Notes under the pieces: generated by a model
The model's database searches: none
What the model saw: only the letters and a program-made list of their open reading frames with translations
Told to the model about the DNA's origin: nothing
Shown here: one piece after another, positions 52,137 to 64,000 of the stretch
Numbering within the stretch: position 1 is the first letter of the stretch
Layout of the letters: every line of letters starts with the position of its first letter
Made by a program: the position numbers and the translations under genes
Source: Octopus sinensis
Lineage: Eukaryota
Direction of reading: 5' to 3'
Length of the DNA stretch: 64,000 nucleotides
NCBI RefSeq assembly: GCF_006345805.1
Contig: NC_042997.1
Coordinates: 118,978,001-119,042,000, forward strand

Positions 52137-53218
52137 GTATGTGTGTGTGTGTGTGTGTATGTATGTGTGAGGGTGAGTATAAAGTAAACAACGTTTCGTG
52201 AAATGGAATTCCACACAATATAGTTCAACAATGCCGAAATTTTATACAATATGTGTGTGTGCATGCGTGTGTGTATGTTTGAAGCCAATCTGTCCACACA
52301 GAAGCCAGAAGCCGGGTTTACGGTAATATTGTATGCCTCCACTACTAGTTGTACATTTTCTTCCTTTTGCACACTCCAGCTGCCAACATTATACTTTTTA
52401 TATAATTCCAAGCCCATAGGAACAGTTCTCAACCCTGAAATGCAATGCCCTCTAGCCTTAATTTTCTGTATCTCTCCTACTCCTTGTAAATCTGTTTTAT
52501 AAATATACAAGTTGGTCCAAATGTAGGTTTATAGTTACTCAGCTATCTCTTTTGCATTCATATGTTAACAATGTAGATCGTAATTATAAAATAAAATGAA
52601 ACCATTATTCTATGCTAATTTAGTGAATTTTGTCAAGCTCCCTTTTCAGTTTGTAACATAGAAATTTAAAAGTAATAAAATGTTTTAAAAGTAATTTACA
52701 GTGCCTACGTGATTTGTGTCACCTTGTATAAATATCTATATGGCTATGTATCAATGTTCAGCTTCTAAATATTATATATATTATGCGGAGACCCCGTTCA
52801 CATCAAACAGTAGTATAATATTTCCATCTGATGTAAGTTACCAACTCATTAAATTTGCAGTTGGGATAAAGTAGGTGCGAAGAAGGGAACGTGCTAAACA
52901 TCAAATGGTGCAAAAGTACTATCGAAGAATTAGGTTCTTGTAAGAAGGAAAGAGATGTAAAGAGTTAATAGTTCTTTCCCGTGGTAGCCTCTTCAAAGCC
53001 TGGGTGTAATAGGAACGAGCTGAAGAAGAGCGACCATGAACAACGGAGGCGCTGAGTCTAGAAAATGCTATTGCAGGTTGGTAGTAGAGGCGATATCTGA
53101 AACCCCATTCAAAACAGCGCTCCCACATAAAGATATATGTTGCACCACGCAATAAAATAATGACAGCATTTGCAGGTACTGCAGCAGCAGGTATACGTAG
53201 TACTAATATATATCTATC

Positions 53219-53394
<176 letters not shown>

Positions 53395-53920
53395 CTGAAC
53401 TAACAACAAGTGTGTGTTAACGTGTCTCTCCTAAAGATTAAAGAAGTCCTTCCAGAGATCGATGTTATCAGAAGCGAAATTGTCTGCAAAGCGAATATAA
53501 GTGAGAGTACAACAAGTCACTGTATTTGAGAAGAATATTTTCGCTTTTGATGTAGTATTTGCAACTAGAACATACCTCGTGTTAAAAAGCACGTGTGTTA
53601 CTTCCCGAAATCGAAGTGAATTTTATTCTTTGTCTGTGAATCAACAAGACACAGTATTTTTGAGAAGGATATTTTCGTTTTTTATGTAGTATATCTGCGT
53701 GTTCTGAAAGCCTCTGAAAAATTTGCTGCTTAATACCAAATCGCTTAGGAAAATATAGAAAGTATCGTTAAATTCTTTGCATGTACGAAATCGGAACTCT
53801 AATTCCTTTTGTTTACAAAATACGATTAAGGAATATAAAAGGTCTATCTTATCTATCTATCTTCCTTTCTTATAAAAAGGAATCACGTAAGTATTCTCTC
53901 AGCCGGTAAGGTAAGGAAGA

Positions 53921-54250
53921 TATTATTTATTTATTATCATTAGTGTTCTTTCAACTAGAAGATAATAATTAAAAAAAAAAAAGATATAAAATACGCGCTA
54001 TTCTATCTTTATAATTTGTCCTCCGTATTTACCACACACTCTCTCCTTCTCTTTCTTACATTTCTATTTCTATCTCTCTCATACATTTTTATTATTTATT
54101 ATAATTAGTGTTCTTTCAACTAGAAGATAATAATTAAAAAAAAAGATATAAAAATACGCGCTATTCTATCTTTATAATTTGTCCTCCGTATTTGCCACAC
54201 ACTCTCTCCTTCTCTTTCTTACATTTCTATTTCTATCTCTCTCATACAGT
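53921..54250. repeat. 165-bp tandem duplication in the LINE leader
   Basis: ATTAGTGTTCTTTCAACTAGAAG at 53939 and 54104. Confidence 0.9.
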
Positions 54251-54755
54251 TTATACCTTATCTGTCTCTCCATCCACCAGACCCTCTATTTCCGCTCTCA
54301 CTCTCCCCTCCTCCCTCTCTCTCCCTCTGCCATCGTTTCTCTTGCCGCATCTCTCTCAGATCAACTTTCTCACATCTCACCCCCTCTCAGTTCCTCAACT
54401 TCACTCATTCCCTCTTGTATCTATATACCGCCCTCTTTCTCTCTCTCTCTCTCTGTTACTCCCCCTCCCTCTCTCTGCCTCTTTCCTCTCCGCTCCTTCA
54501 CAGGTCAAACCCCTTTTCCTCTTCCCCTTCTGTCCCCTTATTTCTTTCTCTACACCACCCTCCCTGTCCCTTTACTACACTCTCTTGCACCTCTGTTGCG
54601 CCCCCTCTTTATTTTCTCTCTTTCTCTCTTCTCTCAGGACAATCTCCTCGTCTCTCTCTCTATCCCCCCCTGGCTTTTCACCTTTCTCTTCTCCCTCTCC
54701 ATCTTATCTTTCCTTCTCTATCTCTCTCTCTGTTCCTATATTTCACTAGACGAAA

Positions 54756-55630
54756 ATGGCAAGAAACTGGTCTGCGAGAGAGGTGCAATTGTTCGTCCGC
54801 GCTTGGAAGATTGCTGAGGACGACTCGCCGAACAATATTATTGCAGCGGCGCTGAAAAGCAACAATTTTTCGAGAACCACCGCCCAGATAGAGCGAAGGA
54901 AGCGAGAATTTATCTGTTCGTACGCTCTAATCAGGCAACATGTAGACACCCATGACATCATCCTAGGAGGTGACGGCACCAGGGAAGGCCAAAAGGATGA
55001 AGAAAACATCCAGAACCAAACGGAGAAACCTAGAACACAGGGAAACAATGACACATGTCCAGCTCCCAACACCACAACTGAAGACCAAAGAGGTGCGATG
55101 GCCGCAAGAAAAGAAAAGCACCCTAAAATTGATGGGAAACAGGAGGTAAAAGGCGACAAAATCAAAGCTAAAAGAAACCCTGTCCAGAGAAAACAAAAGG
55201 ACCCCAGCAAGAACTATAAGGGCAAAGAAAGAAACATCTGCAAATTCTACCTGAGGGGGGACTGCTGGTACGGCGTCGAAGGTGCAAACTGTCGCTTTGC
55301 ACATCGGAGGCCCTACCAAAACCGCACGGACGCGGAGAACAAAAAGAAAAAGTTAAAAGAAGGGAAAAAAGCGCACTGACCACTACTGAAAGACGGTATG
55401 CAGATGTGGTGCGCGGAAACCCAACAGGTGGCCAGCTTCACCCAGATGTGAGAAGGGCGGCAGCTGAACAGCAATCTTTTTTGTGCATGGCACAAAAAAT
55501 TGTTCAGCAGCTGACCTGGCTACAAACACAAAGCTGGAACTACCACCACATAAGGCCACCTCCAACAGATGCAGGATGGCCACCACAGACACCAACACCA
55601 ACACACACACCACAAAAATATTTCTCCTGA
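54756..55630 (+). pseudogene. LINE ORF1: Myb/SANT-like N-terminus plus CCCH zinc finger(s), disrupted after 55379
   Basis: RNWSAREVQLFVRAW...IAAALKSNNFSRTTAQIERRKR and CKFYLRGDCWYGVEGANCRFAH. A second broken finger can be inferred across the stop and frameshifts. Confidence 0.7.
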
Positions 55631-58582
55631 ATGTAGGAGGGCTGCTGCGCGGAAACTGTAAAAATAAAATTTAATTCCTGAGAGACCTTGTGACATGCAA
55701 TGAAGCTATATGCATGGCACTCACAGAAACGCATCTTGAACCCGATATAGGTGATGCAGAAATACACATGCCGCAATATGCAGTCATACGCACAGATAGA
55801 AAAGGGAGGAGCCATGGTGGAGTTGCAATGTACATCCGAGATGACCTCACGCCCCAGGTCCTGCTGTCATATTCAAACTCAGTATGTGAAACTCAAATTG
55901 TACACATAAGACAACTGAATATCGTCATATGCACTACATATCGCCTACCAGATGCCCCAAAACACTCAGGCATGTTTGAAGACTGCCTAACAAAAATAGA
56001 AGTCCTCACCAACCTTGAACAGCACAACAGTGTATTCTTCATGAGTGACTTTAACCTCCCCAATGTGGAATGGCCTGGGGGGCAGATGCTCCCAGGGATG
56101 ACACACCATCAGCAGGCACAGGTGGAATCCCTGCTCCATCTCACAAATGCCTCTTTCATGGAGCAAATAGTTCTGCAACCAACAAGGGCAGATAATATAC
56201 TGGATCTCTGCTTCACAAACAATATGGATATTATCCATAATGTTAATGTGATGCCGACAATGATCTCGGATCACAACATAATAGAGCTGTCTATGTATGG
56301 AACAAAAGCCCCCGTAGACACACAGCCTATACGAAGCACCCACCATCTCTCCAACTTAAACTTTCATAAAGCCAACTGGAAGTTGATTGAGAAAGAGATC
56401 CTCAAACAGGATTGGCCTGAATGTCTCTCCACACCGGACATAAACATGAAACACAAACACTTCATGTCCATAATACAAGCCATATGTGACAAATATGTCC
56501 CAGTGTGCAGGGCCAGCACACACAAGAACAAAAACAGGATCCCTAGAGAAAGGAGGATTCTTATGAGACGACGGACATGGATTGCAAACCGCCTGAGCAA
56601 GCACACCAAAAGTGGTGAGAAGTCTCGGCTCGAAAGAATGCTAATGGAAACTGAGAAAAGTCTACATCAGTCCCATGAAAAGGAGAGAGCAGATAAAGAA
56701 GCTTGGGTAATAGAAAATATAAAATCAAACCCTAAAGCTTTCTTTAAGTTTGCCAAATAGACAGCTACAGTGCACCAGAGAATAGGACCTCTCTTCCAAA
56801 AAGATGGCTCTCTCACAGGAAATCCCACGAGGATAAGTGAAATACTGAACGAACAGTTCCAAACTGTGTTCACTACACCTCTAGGACACAGGCAAGTAAA
56901 CAACCCAGAAGAATTCTTTGCCACTTTACCAGCGGCCAAAGAGACAAAAATTGAGTACATCAACATCGAAGATGATGATATCACACTAGCCATTGATGAG
57001 ATTGACACAAACTCAGCTGCTGGACCTGATGGATTCCCAGCGATCCTTCTCAAATCGTGCAAACGAGCCCTTGCAAAACCGCTACAGCTTCTTTTTCAGA
57101 GCTTTCTTGCATGTGGTAAGCTCCCAGTCAAATTGAAAGAGGGTGTAATATGCCCTATCCATACGGGAGGCAGCAGAGCAGATGCTAAAAATTCTAGGCC
57201 TATCTCTCTGACCTCACACATCAGCAAAGTCATGGAACGAATAGTCCGTAAGAAACTAATCAAGTTCCTTGAAGAAAATGACTTACTGTCTGACACCCAA
57301 CATGGATTTCGACCAGGTAAAGGCTGCCTAACACAGCTCCTGTAACACTATGACTGGGTGTTGAAACAGCTACTAAATGGCTCAAATGTGGATGTAATAT
57401 ATCTCGACTTTGCAAAAGCCTTTGATAAAGTCGACCATGCTATGATCTGTCACAAACTGCGTGGTCTCGGCATAGGCGGGAAACTTGGAGAGTGGCTGCA
57501 CAACTTCCTAAAAGACAGAAAACAGGCAGTTGTGAGCAATGGAGCCACCTCCAGGGAAACGCAAATAACAAGCGGTGTCCCACAGGGCACTGTCTTGGGG
57601 CCACTGATGTTCATAGTGGCCCTTTCAGACATGCCTTCAGTTGCTACGATGACCACCCTTGCTAGCTATGCAGATGACACAAAAGTCTCCCACGCAATAC
57701 AAAACCCTGAAAATATTGCGCATCTGCATCATGAGCTGGACACAATATACAGGTGGGCTGAGGACAACAACATGCAGTTTAATGCAGGTAAGTTCCAGGC
57801 CCTGCGCTACTGGCACACAAAGGTAAATGACGTGAAGACTGGATACACTGGCCCAGGAAGAATTGCAATCCCTGAGTCAAAATCAGTGCGTGACCTGGGC
57901 ATTGACATGAGCAATGATGCATCTTTCCAAATGCATATTGCTAATCTGGTGATAAAATGCAGACGGCTAGCTGGATGGATTCTCCGAACTTTCAGAACAA
58001 GAGAGAAGGAGAAACTGATGGTCCTATGGAAAACATTGTCCTCAGCCGCTTGGACTACTGCTCCCAACTTTGGTCACCACACAATATAAAACTAACAACA
58101 GAACTCGAAGCAATTCAGAGAAGCTACACAAAGAAAATCGTCTCAATGCAAAATATCAGCTACTGGGAAAGACTGAAGGTATAAACCTCTTCTCCCTAGA
58201 GCGGAGGCGGGAGAGATATGCGGTGATATACATCTGGAAAATCCTGGAGGGTCTTGTCCCAAACTTTGGCATTCAAAGTTACTCCAACCGCAGAACGGGG
58301 CGCCACTGCATGGTGCCAAGGATTCCAACATCACCATCAAAATACAGGTCCAGATACTGCAACAGCTTGGGTTTCAGAGGACCACAGCTCTTTAACATCC
58401 TCCCTAAATGTCTGAAAGACTTACATGGTGTGGATGTGGGTTTCTTTAAAACTAAACTGGATCTCTTCTTGTCGGGAGTCCCAGATGAGCCTACCTCACG
58501 ACAGGAGACGCGGATGCGGGCAGCAGCATCGAACTCCCTTGTTGATCAAGTGCCACGTATCAGAGGTGGATTCACAAATTAG
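55576..58582 (+). pseudogene. LINE ORF2: AP endonuclease plus reverse transcriptase
   Basis: LLNVGGL, LTETHL, GGVAMYI, SDFNLP, LDLCFT, SDH, RPISLTS, QHGFR, YLDFAKAFDKVDH, SGVPQGTVLGP and YADD (57667-57678). Stops at 55672, 56758 and 57343; frameshifts near 58040 and 58180. Confidence 0.95.
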
Positions 58583-58654
58583 TGTAGCTCATTCAGCGGT
58601 GGTGCCCCAGCATGGCCGCGGCCTTCGGGATAAAATATTTTTAAGGATTTAAGG

Positions 58655-58706
<52 letters not shown>

Positions 58707-58708
<2 letters not shown>

Positions 58709-59714
58709 CGCGAGTGTCGCGTTGCTCTCAAGCAACTATGCCGTCCCGGGTCGACCTTCAGCGACTCCAACACAACCAAAGCACTCTATAGGGGAATAGT
58801 GGAGGGGAGGTACGACGACGATGTCGGGCCGAACCTGGACGTGGACGACGAATACCTTACCCGCCTGTCCACGACGACTTTCGGGCCAAGACCCATGGCT
58901 AACTACCAGAGATCCCTGGCATGGCAGTGCTACTGAGAAGCGCTACCCGTTCGGGATAAGCTATACAGACACGGCTCGGAAAACACGGGGCCGACCTGCC
59001 CGAGATGCGGTCTGAGCGACGAAACTGTTCTACACGCACTCGTGCAGTATCCAACCATTTCCGGTCTGTGGGCTTATGTCGAAAGACTGCTGTCACGTAT
59101 GGGACAAGTCGGTTTATCAGCCGAATCTATCGTCAATATTGTCACGCCTCCTTCCCTCAAACGGGAAGGAAGAGCTATTTTCATCATTCTTGTGGCTATG
59201 GCGAAATTATGTATCTGGTGGACGCGTCTGAAAGGATTAGAGCCAAACACTTTCCTCTCTGGTCAATCTCTCATCAACTTCTTCAAGTATCACTTGAAAA
59301 GGAAAGTGAGAGTAGAGAGACAAGTTTTGTTTCAAAAAAAGATGGGTGAATGTAGCAATGATGGCACGTATGAATGACGAAGCCACCTTGAGCATAATCC
59401 TATGAACCCGGAAAAATCTAAAACAGAGAGTTACTTACTTGCAAAGGGAGTTATTTACTTGACATTATTGACCGAGGTTACCGTGGTCATTTCCGTAGTC
59501 TTTTCACTCCACGGATAAACCTTATTTTCTTCCCCCTTTACACTTTACATCAGGACATTTCTGTGATACACGATCCCTATTGATCTTTTTTTTATTTCCT
59601 TTTTACGATCCGTTTTGGTCGAAAACCTACCCCGATTTTTGTCTCCCCCAAAAGAAAAGCTCTACTTTGTAATTTGTCCAGTCTGTATGCAGCCCTGTGT
59701 GGCTAATAAAGAAA
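58707..59714 (+). mobile_element. 5'-truncated L1/Tx1-clade LINE (C-terminal zinc knuckle plus 3' UTR)
   Basis: NYQRSLAWQCY*EALPVRDKLYRHG...CPRCGLSDETVLHALVQYP...LWAYVE, then IWWTR; the 3' UTR ends in AATAAAGAAA. Confidence 0.82.
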
Positions 59715-59717
59715 CAT

Positions 59718-59787
59718 ATCTATCTATTATCATCTATCCATCCATCCATCCATCAATCCATCCATCCATCCATCCATCCATCCATCC

Positions 59788-59825
<38 letters not shown>

Positions 59826-59945
59826 TTATCTAACTATCATCTCACTATCTATTTATCTAACTATCATCTCACTATCTATCTATCTATCAATCTATATCTA
59901 TATCTCCCTCTATCTTTCTCTCTATATCTAGCTAGCTAGCTATCT
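59718..59945. repeat. (TCCA)n/(TCTA)n microsatellite
   Basis: Direct reading. Confidence 0.9.
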
Positions 59946-61011
59946 ACCTGACTGTCGGTCTTCATGTGAGTGTCAGTGTGTGTGACTGTGTGTGTAGGTG
60001 TATGTCTTGGTGTGTACATATATTTATGTTTCTGAATGTATATGTCTGTGTACTGTTGCTATAAGCGAAAGTTTGTGTGAATATATTTGTCTAAATGTAT
60101 GTATATGAGCACCTTTTGCCTATAATATAAACTGATGAAAATCAGATATAGATAAAGCTAACTGCTAGCTCAAATTAAGCATTTGGATGTATATGAGAAA
60201 AATTAAGGCAGTGCTCCAGCATGACCACCGCATATTGGTTGAAATCAGTAAACCATTTTAGCAATTTTTTCTTGCATCCTATTTTTCAGTTGCATATCTT
60301 TAAAATCTATTTTCCTTTAATTTTCTTTTCAGACGCAAAGATTCTATTTATTATTAAAATAAAATATGTAACATGAAGAAATTATTTGACAAGTTCTATT
60401 ATTCATATAATCTTTCACATTGGTTGCCGGAACGAATTAAATTTTTTTACTGGAATTAGTTGCTATGACAACTTCGGAAATTATTCTGATTTCCCGTTAA
60501 TTAGATTCACTGTAATACAATAAATCATTTGCTTATTTCAATTGCTGGCTGAATATTTGAGAGATAGTAATGTACATTGTTTTGTTTACTATCTATTCCC
60601 ACATATTCGTATTTTTGTCTTCATGGTAAAAGCCAGTTTTATAAAACACGTTTTCAAAAACATTGTCTCCTGTACCATATTAAAAATCCTCTTTACTAAC
60701 ATCAAGGGAATCTGATTCGTTCAACATTACTTATTAATTATTTATGTCAGATTTTATCTTAAACATAGAAAATGCAAGTGTTGCAATTACCTGAAGTGTT
60801 TATGTGTCACTCCTCGTCCAGTATTCCGAATGTATATTATTAAATGTTTTATTTAGAGAACACGTTACAGGAAAATAAGTTTCACTTCATTTATGATCCC
60901 CAATTCAGACCCATTTTCTCTACATTGATTTATAACTGTAAATGTGTGCATAATATTTGCAAGCAATATCATGTATTAGAACAGCACCAAAATATATTTC
61001 AAAAAGCTAAT

Positions 61012-61414
61012 AGGCGCATGAATGGCTGTGTGATAAGTAGCTTGCTTACCAACCACATGGCTCCGGGTTCAGTCCTACTGCGTGGCGCCCTGGGCAAGTG
61101 TCTTCTACTATAGCCTCGGGCCGACCAAAGCCTTGTGAGTGGATTTGGTAGACGGAAACTGAAAGACGCCCGTCGTATATATGTATATATGTATATGTGT
61201 GTGTTTGTGTATCTGTGTTTGTCCCCCCCCAACATCGCTTGACAACCGAAGCTGGTGTGTTTCTGTCCCAGTAACTTAGCGGTTCGGCAAAAGAGACCGA
61301 TAGAATAAGTACTAGGCTTACAAAGAATAAATCCTAGGGTCGATTTGCTCGACTAAAGGTGATGCTCCAGCATGGCCGCAGTCAAATGGCTGAAACAAGT
61401 AAAAGAGTAAAAGA
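61012..61414 (+). mobile_element. SINE family A, full length
   Basis: Collinear with 571-1042, with a shorter internal microsatellite. Confidence 0.9.
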
Positions 61415-62056
61415 ATACAAAACGTACTGCACTATTGTACGCTATTACTAGTATCCGTGCTGCAACACGTATTATGAGATACTGCAGAAGAATATAGATT
61501 TTTAGGTGACAATACATGTGTAAACTTATTAAAATTAATTAATTACTCTGCATAATTAAATATATATATCGTATTTTTTATACACTTTCACTTTGGACAT
61601 TAAAAAAGAGAAGGATCAGCTTGATTAGTTTCACCTTTTACTGACTAGTTTTCGCAATGGTAACTGATACAACATCGCTACTCTTATTAAAAGCTTCAGC
61701 AATCTTCTATACAGATTTTGCATGAATGACGCATACTTGGTAGTTTGATTAACAAATCACGGCTCGGTAGTGTTCGTATGTTATACAGCTGTACAGGCTA
61801 AGTTTAATCAATTAAAATCTAATTAAACTTAATTAATTACAGTCTAATGAAAATTTATTAAATTACAAACGCATGAAGCCTTGGCTTAGATCCTATTGGT
61901 TTAAATATACAGCGCATCATAATCTAATAAAAAATACAATTACCTCGTCAGAAATTAACCAATGCCAGTCAATGGTTTGAGATATATTCATTCATCAACG
62001 TGATAGAAGCATTTACCCATAAAGTGCCTGTGGCTAATAATATATATTCACACCAA

Positions 62057-62215
62057 GGGGCGAACTGGCAGAATTATAAGCATGCTGGGCAAAATCCTTG
62101 ACGGCATTTCGCCTAGTTTAAAGTTTTGGTGTTCAAATTCCACTGAGGACGACTTTCATCATTTCGGGGTCACCATCTCCCTCCAAATTGCTGATCGTGT
62201 ACCAAAATCTGAAAC
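62057..62215 (+). mobile_element. SINE family B (degenerate, internally deleted)
   Basis: GGCGAACTGGCAGAA...GTTCAAATTCCACTGAGG. Confidence 0.65.
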
Positions 62216-62574
62216 CAATTTGCATTCAAATTCTTTATACTTTGCACAAAGCTCTTTACACAAATAAGACATCATGATTCTCTGCTTACATTTTATAGCA
62301 TTCTACGTATTCTTACGGTAAATTTCAATCTCCTTAATATAACCATATATTTATGAGTATTGTCACGTTCCTTCTCCGAATATCCTACGAAATTGATGTG
62401 CATTCATATTTTATTCTTTGTGGCAATTTCAGATATATATTAATGGTAATAGGAAACATATTACATCAAACATATTAACAGAAACAATTTATATGGTCCT
62501 AAGAGACGTGAAATTCATATGACAGAAATACACTTTTGAAATTTGCTGGAGGCACAGGGTATAATATACTTGTC

Positions 62575-63487
62575 TAATCTAGGCACAAGACCCACAATTT
62601 GGTGGGAGGGGACCAGTCGATTAGATCGACACCAGTACGCAACTAGTACTTAGTTTATTGACCCCGAACGGGATGAAATGCATGGTTGACCTCCGGGGAA
62701 TTTGAACTCAGGACGTAAGGACAGATGAAATACGTATTTCTTTACTACCCACAAGGGGATAAACACAGAGAGGACAAACAAGGACAGGCAAACAGATTAA
62801 GTAGATTACATCGACCCCAGTGCGTAACTGGTACTTATTTAATAGAATGTCGATGTAATCTACTTAATCTGTTTGCCTGTCCTTGTTTGTCCTCTCTGTG
62901 TTTATCCCCTTGTGGGTAGTAAAGAAATACGTATTTCAGCTGTCCTTACGTCCCGAGTTTAATAGAAGGCGGCGAGCTGGCAGAAACGTTAGCACGCCGG
63001 GCGAAATGTGTAGCCGTGTTTCGTCTGCCGCTACGTTCTGAGTTCAAATTCCGCCGAGGTCGACTTTGACTTTCATCCTTTCGGGGTCGATTAAATAAGT
63101 ACCAGTTGCGTACTGGGATCGATATAATCGACTTAATCTGTTTGTCTGTCCTTGTTTGTCCTCTTTGTGTTTAGCCCCTTGTGGGTGGTAAAGAAATGGT
63201 ACTTGTTTAATAGGCCTCGAAATGATGAAAGGCAAAGTCGACCTCGACGGAATTTGAACTCAGAACGTTTTGGTGGACGAAATACCGATATGCATTTCGA
63301 CCGGCGTGCTAAGGTTTCTGCTGGCTCGACGCCATTCCATAAAGGAATATTCTTTTCTACTCTAGGCACAGAGCTCAAACTTTTGCGGGAAGGGGCCAGT
63401 CAATTAGGTCGACCCCAGTACGCAACTGGCACTTAATTTATCGATCTCGCGTTGTTGAAAGGGAAAGTAGACCTCGGTGGAATTTGC
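62575..63487. mobile_element. Cluster of family B SINEs in alternating orientation, including a local inverted duplication
   Basis: 62575-62845 (-), 62849-62960 (inverted copy of 62704-62815), 62968-63197 (+, full head), 63197-63330 (-) and 63350-63487 (-). Confidence 0.88.
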
Positions 63488-63771
63488 ATATAAAGGAATA
63501 TCGATATTTGAATTTTATATATAAAGCTAATATGCTTATATACATATTAAATACATAAAACGAAATCGCTAAATACACACTCACACACACAGACACACAT
63601 ACACACAGACGCACACACACACACACATATATATAATATGGATTCACATAAATACATGCATACTCTCAAATATTTATACACATATATGGTACATAGATGT
63701 ATGTCAAATAGATGTATATGTTACATATATGCATATGTATTTACGTATATGTATGCGTGTATATATATATA

Positions 63772-63985
63772 TTCTTTTATACTTTTAATTGTTTCAGTCA
63801 TTCGACTGCAGCCATGCTGGAGCACCGACATTTTTTAGTTGAACAAATCTACGCCAAGGCCTATTCTTTGAACGCCTAGTACTTATTCTATCCGTCTCTT
63901 TTGCCGAACGAGTAAATTACGGAGACGTAATCTCACAAACATCGGTTGTCAAGCGAAGGTGGAAGGACAAACACAGACACACAAA
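63772..63985 (-). mobile_element. SINE family A tail
   Basis: GTTTCAGTCATTCGACTGCAGCCATGCTGGAGCACC...CTAGTACTTATTCTATC. Confidence 0.8.
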
Positions 63986-64000
63986 CACATATATACATTA

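Noticed and set aside
52506-52729. Tc1-type MITE (TACAAG...CTTGTA)
   Set aside because: The terminal match is only ~6 bp plus scattered identity.
52790-53150. L2/CR1 C-terminal relic on the minus strand (YRLYY...LPRERT)
   Set aside because: Plausible but too degenerate to support by eye.

Overview
AT-rich, microsatellite-saturated eukaryotic non-coding DNA. The SINE repertoire and the (TA)n/(TG)n/(AAT)n density suggest an octopus-like coleoid cephalopod (inference only). I find no supportable host protein-coding exon, tRNA or rRNA gene, and most ORFs in the track are microsatellite artefacts. The window is a transposon graveyard. It holds a near full-length CR1/L2-group LINE (53385-58658) whose ORF1 looks like Myb/SANT plus CCCH fingers, R4/Dong-type RLE retrotransposon fragments next to TAA repeats, a Tx1/L1 3' fragment, Penelope-like (PLE) GIY-YIG remnants, a DD37D (maT) transposon with intact TIRs, mariner relics, a non-autonomous Helitron, several tRNA-derived SINE families, a 63-unit 30-bp minisatellite and local direct/inverted duplications. 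The strongest unexplained signal is about a dozen minimal type-I hammerhead ribozyme folds in short microsatellite-embedded elements. These include one fully canonical copy (44217-44304), one inside a tRNA-headed SINE (19123-19168), one with a compensatory G3:C8 core swap (38824-38880, echoed at 5113-5154 just downstream of a PLE endonuclease), and a family with an apparent CUGUAGA core. All folds were paired by eye; none has been tested.
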